DNA of 64,000 nucleotides from NCBI GenBank assembly GCA_945859975.1, contig CAMAPH010000007.1:1-64000 (forward strand), written 5' to 3'. The translations under genes were made by a program, and so were the position numbers. Below are positions 20,686 to 33,032 of this stretch, piece after piece (within the stretch, counting starts at the first letter, position 1; every line of letters begins with the position of its first letter). The notes beneath the pieces were generated by a model. It did not search any database and had not been told where the DNA came from. It saw only the letters and a program-made list of their open reading frames with translations. The DNA is from Chthonomonas calidirosea (GTDB taxonomy: Bacteria; Armatimonadota; Fimbriimonadia; Fimbriimonadales; Fimbriimonadaceae).

Positions 20686-21732
20686 ATGAATATTGAACTT
20701 CTGCGCGAACTTACCGAAGCGCACGGCACCTGCGGTTTCGAAGATGCGGTTCGCGAAATCGTGGCGCGCGAACTCGGGCCGCTGTGTGAATTGTCGACCG
20801 ACGCCATGGGCAATCTCATCGCCCGCAAGCCGGGGCCAGGAGCCAAGGTTATGCTTGCGGCGCACATCGATGAGATCGGCTTCATGGTGAAGTACATCGA
20901 TGGCAACGGATTCCTTCGAGTGAACCCACTCGGCGGCTGGGATCCTCGCCAGATGAATAGCCAGCGCGTGCTTGTCCACACCCGAACCGGATCACTGCCG
21001 GGCACACTTATGCACGGCACCAAGCCAACTCACTTGCTTACCGATGCAGAGCGAAATTCTGGCCAGAAATTTGATGATTTCTTCATCGATTTGGGCCTCG
21101 CTACAGACGTGGTGAAAGAGAAGGTTCGCCTTGGCGATACGGCCACCATGCTTGGCCGCTTTGAGAAAATCGGCAACCACTTCACGTGCAAAGCGATGGA
21201 CGACCGAGTTTGCGTCTTCATCATGATTGAGGCGATGAAGCAGTCGCTGAACTCTGGCGCCGACATCTACGCCGTTGCCACGACTCAAGAAGAGATCGGG
21301 CTCCGAGGCGCTACCGCCGCTGGGTTTAGCATTAAGCCGGACGTCGCGATTGCGTTGGATATCACCCTTGCGAACGACATACCGGGCGTGCCCGAGCCGG
21401 ACCAAATCACGAAGCTCGGCGCAGGAACCGCGATCAAGATCATGGATTCATCTTTGATTTGCCACCCGAAAGTTGTGGCGCGATTCCGCGAGCTCGCCGA
21501 GAAGGAAGGCATTCCGCACCAGATGGAGATTCTCCGGGCCGGTGGAACGGACGCAGGTGGGATTCAGCGGCTCCACGGCGGCATTCCGGCCTTCACGCTC
21601 AGCGTGCCAACGCGATACGTCCACACGGTCAACGAGACGGTTCACGAGCGAGACGTTGCGGCTAGCATTGAACTGCTCACCGCCTTCCTCAATCAGGCAA
21701 CCGCCGAGAATCCTAACGCGCCGCTGTTCTGA
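20686..21732 (+). CDS. M42-family aminopeptidase
   Basis: AAHIDEIG, KAMDDR, QEEIGLRGA, GGTDAG, RYVH. Confidence 0.92.
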   Translation: MNIELLRELTEAHGTCGFEDAVREIVARELGPLCELSTDAMGNLIARKPGPGAKVMLAAHIDEIGFMVKYIDGNGFLRVNPLGGWDPRQMNSQRVLVHTRTGSLPGTLMHGTKPTHLLTDAERNSGQKFDDFFIDLGLATDVVKEKVRLGDTATMLGRFEKIGNHFTCKAMDDRVCVFIMIEAMKQSLNSGADIYAVATTQEEIGLRGATAAGFSIKPDVAIALDITLANDIPGVPEPDQITKLGAGTAIKIMDSSLICHPKVVARFRELAEKEGIPHQMEILRAGGTDAGGIQRLHGGIPAFTLSVPTRYVHTVNETVHERDVAASIELLTAFLNQATAENPNAPLF

Positions 21733-21736
21733 TCGC

Positions 21737-22621
21737 TTAGACCAGGCGGCCTTCGATAAGCGACTTCTGCGCGGGCGAAAGCTCAACGAGCGGGAGTCTC
21801 ACTCGTTCCGTATCGAACCCTCGCTTTGCCAAGGCGAACTTAACCGGCACCGGGTTTGGATACGCAAACAGGGCCTGATACACCGGCAACAGGCTCAAGT
21901 GAATCTTCTTGGCTTCTTCTGGATCGCCTGGGTAGGCATTGAGCAACGCCTTGATCTGGCTGCCGACGATGTGTCCGGCAACGCTAACGATGCCATGACC
22001 GCCGACGGAAAGGATTGGAAGGGTCAAAGCGTCATCTCCGCTATAGACGCGGAATCCACAAGGGGCCTGCGCGCAGACATCTTGAATCTGCGGGATGTTG
22101 CCGCTTGCTTCCTTTACGGCGACAACGTTCTCGATTTCGGCCAGGCGCATCAGGGTCGGCGTCTCAAGATTGATCGCGCTGCGAGGCTGGATGTTATAAA
22201 TCATCACCGGCAAATCAGTTTTCGCCGCGACGGTTGAAAAGTGCGCGTACATTCCGTCTTGGCCGGGTCGGTTGTAGTACGGGTTCACCAGCATGATGCC
22301 GTGGGCTCCGGCTTTGGTTCCGACTTCGGTGAGCTCGATACTTTCTTTGGTGTTGTAAGTTCCGGCTCCGAAGACAACCGCCGCGCGGTCGCCAACTTCG
22401 TCTAGAACTGCTTCCAGGAGCGCCAACTTTTCGTCGTGCTCAAGGGTTGGAGACTCACCGGTGGTGCCGTTCACGACGATTCCGTCGTTCAACTGGTCGT
22501 CGACGAGATATCGGGCGATCCGGCGGGCTTCGGGAAGATTCACCGCTCCTACTTCATCAAATGGCGTCACCATGGCGGTGAGAAGCCGGCCCCAATCCTT
22601 CGGCGCGAAAAACGATCCCAT
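21737..22621 (-). CDS. dapA: 4-hydroxy-tetrahydrodipicolinate synthase
   Basis: AMVTPF, GTTGESPTL, PYYNRP, YNIQPR, KEASG. Confidence 0.95.
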   Translation of the reverse strand: MGSFFAPKDWGRLLTAMVTPFDEVGAVNLPEARRIARYLVDDQLNDGIVVNGTTGESPTLEHDEKLALLEAVLDEVGDRAAVVFGAGTYNTKESIELTEVGTKAGAHGIMLVNPYYNRPGQDGMYAHFSTVAAKTDLPVMIYNIQPRSAINLETPTLMRLAEIENVVAVKEASGNIPQIQDVCAQAPCGFRVYSGDDALTLPILSVGGHGIVSVAGHIVGSQIKALLNAYPGDPEEAKKIHLSLLPVYQALFAYPNPVPVKFALAKRGFDTERVRLPLVELSPAQKSLIEGRLV

Positions 22622-22653
22622 TAACTCAGTTTGTACCCGTGAGTTCAGATTCG

Positions 22654-23310
22654 CTATTCGGCAAGTCTGACGATTTCATCCACGACTTCATCAACCGATT
22701 TGCCGCCGGTTTCGATGATGACCGCCGAATCTGCCACTTGAAGCGGGCTGTCTTCGCGGGTGATGTCTCGATGGTCGCGCTGAAGAATCTCTGCTCGGAC
22801 GGCGCCGAAATCTCCGGCGGTGCCCCGATCTTGGTACTCCACCGTACGTCGCTTGGCGCGCTCTTCCAGGCTCGCGGTCATATAAATCTTGATGTCGGCC
22901 TGTGGCGCAATCACGGTGGTTGCATCGCGACCTTCAAGGATCACGCCACCTTCAGCGATCATTGCTTGTTGTCGCCGAACCATTTCCTTTCGGATGGGGG
23001 AATGGGCGCTGAGTTGGCTGGCGAGTTCGCTGATTTCCGGCGTTCGGATCTCGCTGGAGATGTCTTTTCCGTCCAACACTAAGCGCTGGGGGTTTTGTCC
23101 GGTGAACTCTAACGTTCGAGTTTCGAACGACAGGGCAAGGGCTTCCGGATCGCCGAGTCGGTTCTCGGTCACCGCCACATATGCCACCGCCCGGTACATT
23201 GCCCCGGTGTCCAGGTAGCGGATGTTTAGCCGCGCAGCAACCGCCTTTGCGGTCGTGCTCTTCCCTGCTCCCGCTGGTCCGTCGATGGCGATTACGATGT
23301 TCTCTTTCAT
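22654..23310 (-). CDS. cmk: Cytidylate kinase
   Basis: IDGPAGAGKST, DTGAMYR, EGRD. Confidence 0.96.
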   Translation of the reverse strand: MKENIVIAIDGPAGAGKSTTAKAVAARLNIRYLDTGAMYRAVAYVAVTENRLGDPEALALSFETRTLEFTGQNPQRLVLDGKDISSEIRTPEISELASQLSAHSPIRKEMVRRQQAMIAEGGVILEGRDATTVIAPQADIKIYMTASLEERAKRRTVEYQDRGTAGDFGAVRAEILQRDHRDITREDSPLQVADSAVIIETGGKSVDEVVDEIVRLAE

Positions 23311-24575
23311 GACTTTACGATGCTGTGCAGGTGTTCCTCGAAGTTTGGATAGCTCGTTTTGATGCTGTCGGCATTTTCGATTACGGTCACACCGTCCGCA
23401 ATGAGTCCGGCGATGGCGAAGGCCATTCCGACGCGGTGGTCGCCGCTGGCGTCGATGATCGCGCCCTTCAACGGCGTTGGACCTTGGATGATGAAGCCGT
23501 CGTCGGTGGGTTCGATGTTGGCACCCATCGACCGTAGACCAGCGGCGATAACGCCGATACGGTCGGTCTCTTTGACCCGAAGCTCACGAGCGTCTCGCAC
23601 GATGGTCTCGCCAGAAAGCTGAGTTGCCAACACGGCGAGGACGGGAATCTCGTCGATGAGGCGAGGAACGAGGCTTCCTTCGATCACGAATGGGGTTGTT
23701 CCGTTCCGAGTGATTACGAGGTCGGCGACCGGCTCACCGTTTTCCTCTCGCTGGTTGTCGTGAGAAATGGATACGCCAACTTGACTCAGTACATCCAAGA
23801 TCCCGGTTCGGGTTGGATTGACGTTCACACCGATCAATGTCAGCGGCTGCTCGGCAAGGAGCGCACCGGCGACCATCCAGAACGCCGCGCTGCTAATGTC
23901 TCCGGGCACTCGCATTTCGAAAGGCTTGAGGTCGAAGCTGGGCTCAATATCGACGGAGTTTTCGTTGACCGTAATCGCGGCGCCCATCGCGATCAGCATG
24001 CGCTCGGTGTGATCTCGACTCTTTGAAGGTTCGTGGAGGACGGTCTTGCCGTCGGCTCTAAGTCCGGCGAGGAGGACGCAGCTTTTCACCTGCGCGGAGG
24101 CGACTTCGGAGTGGTAGGTGATGCCATGCAGGTTGCCGCCTTGGATGGTCAGGGGCGGGGTTTCGCCGGTTACTATCGCGCCCATTTCGTTCAATGGCTT
24201 CGCAATGCGCTTCATCGGGCGTCGAGAAAGCGAGGCATCGCCCTTCATGGTCACGGTCAGCGGTCGGCTAGCGACAAGCCCGCTGAGGAGGCGCATTGTG
24301 GTGCCGCTGTTTCCGCAATCCAACGGTTCGGTTGGTTGCGACCATTCTTTGGCCGGGATCACTGTTACGAACGTTCCGTCATCCTCAAAGCGCGTCCCGA
24401 GCTGTTCGAGGCAATGGCGGGTGGACTCACAGTCTTCTCCGCGCAACGGGTTCTCGATTCGGCTTGGCCCGTTCGCAATTGCGCCGAGGAGATAGGATCG
24501 ATGGGTCAGGGATTTATCGCTGGGAATCGCGATTTCGCCGGAAACGGCTTGGGCCCGAGTTACAACTAGCTTCAT
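23307..24575 (-). CDS. aroA: EPSP synthase
   Basis: DKSLTHR, GNSGTTMRL, SAQVKS, RVKETDR, DHR. Confidence 0.96.
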   Translation of the reverse strand: MKLVVTRAQAVSGEIAIPSDKSLTHRSYLLGAIANGPSRIENPLRGEDCESTRHCLEQLGTRFEDDGTFVTVIPAKEWSQPTEPLDCGNSGTTMRLLSGLVASRPLTVTMKGDASLSRRPMKRIAKPLNEMGAIVTGETPPLTIQGGNLHGITYHSEVASAQVKSCVLLAGLRADGKTVLHEPSKSRDHTERMLIAMGAAITVNENSVDIEPSFDLKPFEMRVPGDISSAAFWMVAGALLAEQPLTLIGVNVNPTRTGILDVLSQVGVSISHDNQREENGEPVADLVITRNGTTPFVIEGSLVPRLIDEIPVLAVLATQLSGETIVRDARELRVKETDRIGVIAAGLRSMGANIEPTDDGFIIQGPTPLKGAIIDASGDHRVGMAFAIAGLIADGVTVIENADSIKTSYPNFEEHLHSIVKS

Positions 24576-25423
24576 CTTTTCTTTGTTCCGGTCACATCAT
24601 CGCCAGCGTTCTTCGGCAGTTTGGCTTTGGCCGCGGCGGCTGACACAAAGAACTTCTTCACCGCGGCCGCATCGCCTTCATCGAGCTGCGTTGCGAGGGT
24701 TTCAAGTTCTTTTGCGAACTCGCGCAGGCTGCTGGAAACGGCGGTTCGATTTCCGAGGAGGATTTGGGACCAGAGCTCAGGATCAACTCCGGCCACGCGG
24801 GTCCAGTCTTTCCAGCTTCCGCCGGCAGCATCGACGTGAGAAAGTTCGGAAGCATTGAGCACCAATTGGCCGGCCAAAACGTGTGGCAGGTGACTGAGAA
24901 TCGCTACGTGCCGGTCGTGGTCTTCCGCCGAGATCCGCACCGGCTTCGCCCCCATTTCCGTGATCAGGGTTTCGAGGACTTTCAGGTTGCTCGTCGATTT
25001 GCCGACTGGGGTGAGAATCCAACGGGCGTTCCGGAAGAGCCAGGCCGAGGCAAACTGCGGGCCACCTTTCTCGTGGCCCGCCATTGGGTGGCCCGGCACG
25101 AACCAAGTTGCTTTCTGCTCGGTAGCCCACGCAACGATCTCCGACTTGACGCTCGTGCAGTCCGTCACCACGGTGTTGGGGCCGAGGCTTTCTTCTATTT
25201 CTCCTAAAACGTTCGTAACGATGGCGGGTGGGATGGCGACGAAGACGACGTCTGCCTTGGCGACTTCACTGAGTTCGGCGGCAACATCAACGCAACCGCG
25301 CTCGAGGGCGACTCGGACGTGCTCCGGGTTCGGATCGCTGCCGATGAGCTTGTGCCGGGAGGCGCGCAGCGCCAGCCCAATGCTGCCGCCGATCAACCCG
25401 AGTCCGACAATCCCAATGGTCAC
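24572..25423 (-). CDS. tyrA: Prephenate/arogenate dehydrogenase
   Basis: IGIVGLGLIGGS, DCTSVK, GHPMAG, SHLPH; GTG start inferred. Confidence 0.88.
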   Translation of the reverse strand: MTIGIVGLGLIGGSIGLALRASRHKLIGSDPNPEHVRVALERGCVDVAAELSEVAKADVVFVAIPPAIVTNVLGEIEESLGPNTVVTDCTSVKSEIVAWATEQKATWFVPGHPMAGHEKGGPQFASAWLFRNARWILTPVGKSTSNLKVLETLITEMGAKPVRISAEDHDRHVAILSHLPHVLAGQLVLNASELSHVDAAGGSWKDWTRVAGVDPELWSQILLGNRTAVSSSLREFAKELETLATQLDEGDAAAVKKFFVSAAAAKAKLPKNAGDDVTGTKKR

Positions 25424-25440
25424 GGGGATAGTTTGGCAGG

Positions 25441-26550
25441 TTAAGCCGCCGGGACACCCGGCAGAACGTCTTCCAGGTACTGCCGAATGATCGGTTCGTT
25501 GGCTTCGATTCCGAGTCCATGCGGGATCGTTTCGGGGGCGTCGGAGAAGGTTTGGACTCCCCATTCCGCCGCGAGATCGGCGGGAAAGGCGTCTTCGAAA
25601 TCAACCCGGGACAGGGTCAGGATTGCCGACACCCACATTCGCGGCACGGTGTGAAGGCTGTAGCCGCCTCCGCCGACGGCGACGGTCGGAATCCCGAGGT
25701 CGCGGCAATGGCGGACGGCGCTTAGCCAAGAGGTTTGATCGCAATTGACGTGGGCGAGGGGGTCGAGGAAGTGAGGATCGGTGCCCATTTGGAGGACCAA
25801 CGCTTGCGGCTGGAAGCGCTCCATGGTAGGCAGGGCGGTTCGTTCGAACGCATCAAGCCAAGCCGGGCCGGAGGTTCGTGCGAGGACGGGCATGTTGGTG
25901 CTCGTGCCCGCCGTGCCGGTCTCCTCAACGTAGCCCGTGCCAGGCCAAAGGGACTTTCCGCTTTCGTGGATCGAATAGGTGAGCACGTTCGGGTCATTCA
26001 AGAAAATGCCTTGCACGCCGTCGCCGTGGTGAACGTCGATATCGATGTAGACCACGCGGTCGAACCGCTCGCGCAGAACCGAGACGGCGAGGGCGGGATC
26101 GTCGAAGACGCAGAAGCCGCTGGCGCTATTTCGGTGGGCGTGATGCAGGCCGCCACCGATGGCAAAAGCCAGCGGAGCGCCGTCACGCACAGCGTAAACG
26201 GCTTCTAGGCTCGCACCACAATACGCAGCCGAGGTTTCCCAGATTCCTCGGAAGGCCGGCGTATCGCCGTAGAGCGAATGCTTCCCGATCAGGTCTCCAA
26301 TCCGCGGCGAGTTCTCTTCCCCGCGCTCAAACGCTGCTGAAATCTCCTTCACCGCCTCCACGTACTCCGCCGAGTGCACGCGCTGCAGGTCACTTTCGCT
26401 GGCGGGGGCGGGTTCAATGACCTCGGTTGGATGGATGGCCTGCAGCAGCCGCATGGCTCGACGGAGCCGCTCGGGGCGAAGGGGATGGGACGGTCCGAAA
26501 TCGTAATTCGTCGTCAACTGGCTGAGGTAGAAGTTCGGAATTCCCACCAT
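25441..26550 (-). CDS. Histone deacetylase-family (AcuC-like) protein
   Basis: [31 protein letters not shown]. Confidence 0.9.
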   Translation of the reverse strand: MVGIPNFYLSQLTTNYDFGPSHPLRPERLRRAMRLLQAIHPTEVIEPAPASESDLQRVHSAEYVEAVKEISAAFERGEENSPRIGDLIGKHSLYGDTPAFRGIWETSAAYCGASLEAVYAVRDGAPLAFAIGGGLHHAHRNSASGFCVFDDPALAVSVLRERFDRVVYIDIDVHHGDGVQGIFLNDPNVLTYSIHESGKSLWPGTGYVEETGTAGTSTNMPVLARTSGPAWLDAFERTALPTMERFQPQALVLQMGTDPHFLDPLAHVNCDQTSWLSAVRHCRDLGIPTVAVGGGGYSLHTVPRMWVSAILTLSRVDFEDAFPADLAAEWGVQTFSDAPETIPHGLGIEANEPIIRQYLEDVLPGVPAA

Positions 26551-26587
26551 TTGGTCATACCTGAACCCAACCGGTAGACTCCACCCA

Positions 26588-27670
26588 ATGGGCAGTTCCT
26601 TCGGTCGCGCGTTCACCATCAGTACCTTCGGTGAATCGCACGGGGTTGGGGTCGGTGTGGTCGTGGACGGATGTCCGCCCGGCACGGTCATTTCCCTTGA
26701 AGCTATTCAGCGCGACCTCGATCGCCGCCGCCCTGGACAGAGTTCGATTGTCACCCAGCGCAAGGAAGCGGATCAAGTTGAGATTCTCAGCGGCGTGGAA
26801 GACGGCATTGCGCTCGGGACGCCGATTGCTCTGTTGGTGCGAAACGCCGACCAACGTAGTCACGACTACTCAGAGATGAGGGAGAAGTATCGGCCGAGTC
26901 ATGCCGATTACGCTTATGACCAGAAATACGGCATCCGTGCGGTGGCCGGGGGCGGACGAGCTTCGGCGCGAGAAACGATTGGACGAGTCGCGGCGGGGGC
27001 GATTGCGCGGCAGGTGCTTCGAAGTCTTGGCGTCGAGGTGCTGGCATACGTGGAGAAGGTCCACCGGATTTCTGCCGACATTGATCCAACCGCCGTGACG
27101 TTCGATGAGGTGGAAGCAAACATTGTTCGATGCCCTGACCCGGTGATCGCGGAGCAGATGATCGCCCACATCGAGGAGATTCGCAAGCAGGGCAACTCCG
27201 TCGGTGGCGTGGTGGCTTGCGTTGCGAGGGGTGTTCCGGCGGGTTGGGGCGAGCCGGTTTTCGACAAGATCGAAGCCGACTTGGCCAAAGGGATGCTTTC
27301 GCTTCCGGCTTGCAAAGGGTTCGAGCTCGGCGGAGGATTTGGCATGACCGACTTCACCGGGCTTGAGGTGAACGACGAGTTCGAATCGACCGAAGGCAAG
27401 GTTCAGACCAGGACGAACAACAGCGGCGGAATTCAGGGCGGGATCACCAACGGGATGCCGATTACGTTCCGCGTTGCCTTCAAGCCCACCGCGACCGTAA
27501 TGCGCGAACAAAAGACGGTGACCGCGAGCGGCGAGAACACTACGCTCCAGGGCAAGGGTCGGCACGATCCGTGCGTGCTGCCTCGGGCGGTGCCACTGGT
27601 GGAGGCGATGACGCTGCTGGTACTTGTGGACCATGCCCTGCGTCAGCGCGGCCAAACCGGGCATTTTTAA
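26588..27670 (+). CDS. aroC: Chorismate synthase
   Basis: [27 protein letters not shown]. Confidence 0.97.
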   Translation: MGSSFGRAFTISTFGESHGVGVGVVVDGCPPGTVISLEAIQRDLDRRRPGQSSIVTQRKEADQVEILSGVEDGIALGTPIALLVRNADQRSHDYSEMREKYRPSHADYAYDQKYGIRAVAGGGRASARETIGRVAAGAIARQVLRSLGVEVLAYVEKVHRISADIDPTAVTFDEVEANIVRCPDPVIAEQMIAHIEEIRKQGNSVGGVVACVARGVPAGWGEPVFDKIEADLAKGMLSLPACKGFELGGGFGMTDFTGLEVNDEFESTEGKVQTRTNNSGGIQGGITNGMPITFRVAFKPTATVMREQKTVTASGENTTLQGKGRHDPCVLPRAVPLVEAMTLLVLVDHALRQRGQTGHF

Positions 27671-27696
27671 GCCCGAAAGTGACAACATAACGTTCG

Positions 27697-28476
27697 ATGA
27701 GCGTTCAAGCGCCCGTGATACAAAACCCGAAGATTGCTTCCGAGCACGTCAATTTTTATTACGGAGCTAAGCAGGCGCTTAAGGACATCAATCTCCAGTT
27801 CGCACCGAACACCACGACCGCCCTGATCGGTCCTTCCGGCTGTGGCAAATCTACCTTTCTTCGCTGCCTGAACCGAATGAACGACCTCATCGATGGCACC
27901 CGCCTGGAAGGCAGAGTGACTCTGGACGGGCGAGACATCTACGGAGATGAGGTTGACCCGGTCGAGCTGAGAAAGGAGGTCGGAATGGTGTTTCAAAAGG
28001 CAAACCCTTTCCCGATGTCCATCTTCGATAACGTGGCTTACGGCCCGAAGATTCACGGAGTGCGAAATCCCAGAGAACTCGCAAATATCGTTGAGCAAAG
28101 CTTAACAAAGGCTGCCCTGTGGGACGAGGTGAAACACAAGCTGAACGACAGCGGACTCTCGCTTTCGGGCGGTCAGCAGCAGCGACTTTGCATTGCGCGC
28201 ACCATCGCGGTTCGTCCGAAGATCATCCTTATGGACGAGCCTTGCTCAGCGCTTGACCCGATTGCTACCGGACGAATCGAGGATTTGATGGAAGAGCTCA
28301 AACGCGACTTCACCATCATCATCGTCACCCACAACATGGAGCAAGCGCGCCGCGCGAGTGAATACACCGCCTTCTTCTTGCTCGGAGACATGGTGGAGTA
28401 CAACACAACCCAAAACATCTTTCTTTCGCCGCAAGACAAGCGAACGGAAGACTACATTACCGGCCGATTCGGCTGA
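27697..28476 (+). CDS. pstB: Phosphate ABC transporter ATPase
   Basis: [32 protein letters not shown]. Confidence 0.95.
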   Translation: MSVQAPVIQNPKIASEHVNFYYGAKQALKDINLQFAPNTTTALIGPSGCGKSTFLRCLNRMNDLIDGTRLEGRVTLDGRDIYGDEVDPVELRKEVGMVFQKANPFPMSIFDNVAYGPKIHGVRNPRELANIVEQSLTKAALWDEVKHKLNDSGLSLSGGQQQRLCIARTIAVRPKIILMDEPCSALDPIATGRIEDLMEELKRDFTIIIVTHNMEQARRASEYTAFFLLGDMVEYNTTQNIFLSPQDKRTEDYITGRFG

Positions 28477-28493
28477 GGTGTAGACTTGATGCA

Positions 28494-29786
28494 ATGGACA
28501 ACAACGAGCGGCTGATCCGTGCCGTTCAACGCGCGACCCGAAAACTTGCTAGTACCGGCAAATTCGATGCGCTGTTGCAAGAGGTTCTCGCGATTTGCGT
28601 TGAGGCGGTCGGCGCGACGAACGGAACGATTTACCTGCACGATCCGGCGAGTAAGCGGCTGGTGTTTCAACACGTCATTCCAGGCGAGATTGCCGATCGT
28701 CTGCCGTCACGCGACATTCCAGATAATTTTGGAGTTGCGGGTCAGGCATTCCAAACCAACCGCTCGGTGAAAAAAGAGTTTGCTTCGCGCCCGGAAGAGC
28801 AATGGAATGACTTTGAGAAGTCAACCGGCGTTCAGGTTCTGAGCATTCTTGCCACGCCACTCTCGATGGAGGACGAGGAGCCGATTGGCATCGTCCAACT
28901 GATCAACAAGGACGATGGCCACTTTGCCGATACCGATGTGGCGGTTATGGACATCGTCTCTGCCGTTGCGACGATGGCTTACTTGAATGCCCAATTGGTG
29001 GAGCAAAACGCCCGCGCGGCAACTTTGCTCGGTATGGGTCGAGTGAGCCACGATATCGGCAACCTGGCCGCTTCCCTTTACGCGACGCTAGGGTTCGGCG
29101 ACATGGCGATGTCGGGTTTCCGAACGCACGTGGAGAAGATCAAGCCAGATCGAACAACGCGGATGTACATCGATTCGCTCGAACCGATTTTCCGGGAACT
29201 GAAGGAATCGGTGGACCGGATCGTCGGTTACTCCACCCTGATTTCGGATATCTCTGCTGGACGCGCTTTGCGCCCTAACTTACAGCCGACGTCGATTGGC
29301 GAAGCCGTCTATCACGCTGCAAGCTACTTTGAGATGCAGGGCAAGTCGCAGCACGTCGCGCTGGAATATAAGATTCAGGAAGACGCGCCGCAAGCAAATT
29401 GCGACGAGCTTTATATCGTCCGAATCGTGCAGAACCTCGTTGGGAACGCGATCAAGGCGGTGCGGGAAACGTTGCCAGAGGACCTTCCTGATGTGGTGGA
29501 CGATGAGTACCATCCGCCGCTCGGTTCGGTGATTGTCGGCTACGAATATGCTGACGCCCATAAGATTTGGGTTCAAGACACGGGTCCGGGAATGACCGAA
29601 GAGACGCGGCTTCGGATCCTCAGCGGCACCGCGAGGAGCCAATGGGAGCGTGCCGGAGGTTCGGGCTGGGGCTTGCGAATTGTGATGGAGCTCACCGCCG
29701 CGCTAGGCGGCACCGTGAGCATTGAATCTGAACTTGGGAAAGGCTCGCGCTTTTGCGTCCATTTCCCTTGCGAATCGGACAAATAA
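28494..29786 (+). CDS. Cytoplasmic GAF-domain histidine kinase
   Basis: GAF (IGIVQLINK..GHF), H-box SHDIGN, NLVGNAIK, DTGPG, GSGWGL. Confidence 0.85.
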   Translation: MDNNERLIRAVQRATRKLASTGKFDALLQEVLAICVEAVGATNGTIYLHDPASKRLVFQHVIPGEIADRLPSRDIPDNFGVAGQAFQTNRSVKKEFASRPEEQWNDFEKSTGVQVLSILATPLSMEDEEPIGIVQLINKDDGHFADTDVAVMDIVSAVATMAYLNAQLVEQNARAATLLGMGRVSHDIGNLAASLYATLGFGDMAMSGFRTHVEKIKPDRTTRMYIDSLEPIFRELKESVDRIVGYSTLISDISAGRALRPNLQPTSIGEAVYHAASYFEMQGKSQHVALEYKIQEDAPQANCDELYIVRIVQNLVGNAIKAVRETLPEDLPDVVDDEYHPPLGSVIVGYEYADAHKIWVQDTGPGMTEETRLRILSGTARSQWERAGGSGWGLRIVMELTAALGGTVSIESELGKGSRFCVHFPCESDK

Positions 29787-29818
29787 AAACGGGCGGGCCA
29801 AGTGGCCCGCCCGTCTTT
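29785..29818. terminator. Bidirectional terminator (kinase / dnaK)
   Basis: AAAACGGGCGGGCCA-ag-TGGCCCGCCCGTCTTT. Confidence 0.85.
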
Positions 29819-29827
29819 GCTTTTGCC

Positions 29828-31755
<1,928 letters not shown>

Positions 31756-31820
31756 TGTATGCCTTAAGTATACCAATCCCTGGATTTCAGGTTTCAATCC
31801 AGGGACTTTCGGTCTTCAGA

Positions 31821-32066
31821 TTAGGCTTGGCCGAGGGAAACCCGGCGCTTGGATCCGAAAGGGGTAACGACCGATGGCACGTTTTCAGGAAGCGTTACGA
31901 CGTCGCCTCGGCGGACCAAGAATGAGTACTCGCCGATGCTTACGAGAGCCTCTCCGGCCAATACTCGAACCATCGCGACTCCTCGCTTAAAGAACGTCTT
32001 GGGAACACTCCAACGGGTCGTTCCGGTCACTTCGATTACTTTCTGCTCTCTCCTCAGCTCGCTCAT
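31821..32066 (-). CDS. Small cupin-like hypothetical protein
   Basis: VLAGEALVSIG...VRRGDVVTLPENVP resembles cupin motifs. Confidence 0.5.
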   Translation of the reverse strand: MSELRREQKVIEVTGTTRWSVPKTFFKRGVAMVRVLAGEALVSIGEYSFLVRRGDVVTLPENVPSVVTPFGSKRRVSLGQA

Positions 32067-32133
32067 GTATTGTTCAACACCGCGAGCGTTCTGTCTGACG
32101 GCAGGCTGGGACTATCGGCTGACTTTTGTTTGT

Positions 32134-32604
32134 TTAGCCGGCGTCTCGAACGTAAAGTCCGGAGTATTCATCGGGCTCTTCACAGAGTTCGGACTTAATT
32201 GGACTCTCCAAAATGTTCGTCCAGAACTCTTCATACTCCGCTTCGTCGCGCAATATCCGGTCATAGCTCTCTCGGTAGAACACGGGACGCTCTTCACCTG
32301 ACCGCTTTGTGATCTGCTTGTTAGCGCGGTTTTTGGCTTTCTCCAGAATGTCGGAGAGTTCGTACGGCTCATCGTTCGGGCCGAACTTGACGCGGAAGAT
32401 CAGCTCCGTTTGTTCCGGCAAGACGCAGATGATGTCGATCTCGAGCTTCTTGTCGTCCGGTTTGCGCAATTCGGCCAGCAGCGTTTCGGCTTCTGGACCG
32501 GAGAGAGCTCGACGGTGTTTGAAGGTGGCGTAGTAGGTGACGTTCTCGGCGCGCCAGTGCGGCAATCGGCCACGCCAGATCGTGAAGTTCTCCCACTTTG
32601 CCAT
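32134..32604 (-). CDS. RAYT / IS200-like Y1 transposase homolog lacking HUH and catalytic Tyr
   Basis: RLPHWR..NVTYYATF and FYRESYDRILRD scaffold; MPNHVH position reads LPEQTE, YIxxNP position reads NILESP. Confidence 0.7.
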   Translation of the reverse strand: MAKWENFTIWRGRLPHWRAENVTYYATFKHRRALSGPEAETLLAELRKPDDKKLEIDIICVLPEQTELIFRVKFGPNDEPYELSDILEKAKNRANKQITKRSGEERPVFYRESYDRILRDEAEYEEFWTNILESPIKSELCEEPDEYSGLYVRDAG

Positions 32605-32612
32605 TTGCGTCC

Positions 32613-32954
32613 TTAGGTGAGGGCGGTGTCGCCACGCTCGCCAGTGCGGATACGGATGGCGTCTAACACTTCGGTGACGAAGATCTTCCCGTCTCCGATT
32701 TCGCCGGTGTGAGTCGCTTTGATGATCGCGTCGATAGCGTCATCAAGCTGATCGTCTGGAACCACGACTTCGATCCTCATTTTCGGCAAGAGGTTCAGGG
32801 CGTAGGTGCTTCCTCGATATTTGTCGGTTCGACCCTGTTGTCGACCGTAGCCACGAACTTGTTCACAACTCATTCCGCGAATTCCAACTTCTTCGAGTGA
32901 AGCTTTCACTTCCTCAAGTCGGTTCATTCGCACAAACGCTTCGATGCGCTTCAC
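32613..32954 (-). CDS. glnB: P-II nitrogen regulatory protein
   Basis: GYGRQQG, YRG, TGEIGDGKIFV, IRIRTGERG. Confidence 0.95.
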   Translation of the reverse strand: MKRIEAFVRMNRLEEVKASLEEVGIRGMSCEQVRGYGRQQGRTDKYRGSTYALNLLPKMRIEVVVPDDQLDDAIDAIIKATHTGEIGDGKIFVTEVLDAIRIRTGERGDTALT

Positions 32955-33032
32955 GGTGTAGAAGTACCAGATTCCGAAGTTTCTTGCCGCATATCACGAT
33001 CCCGTGTTGTTTTTGTCGATTCGTACCGCACA

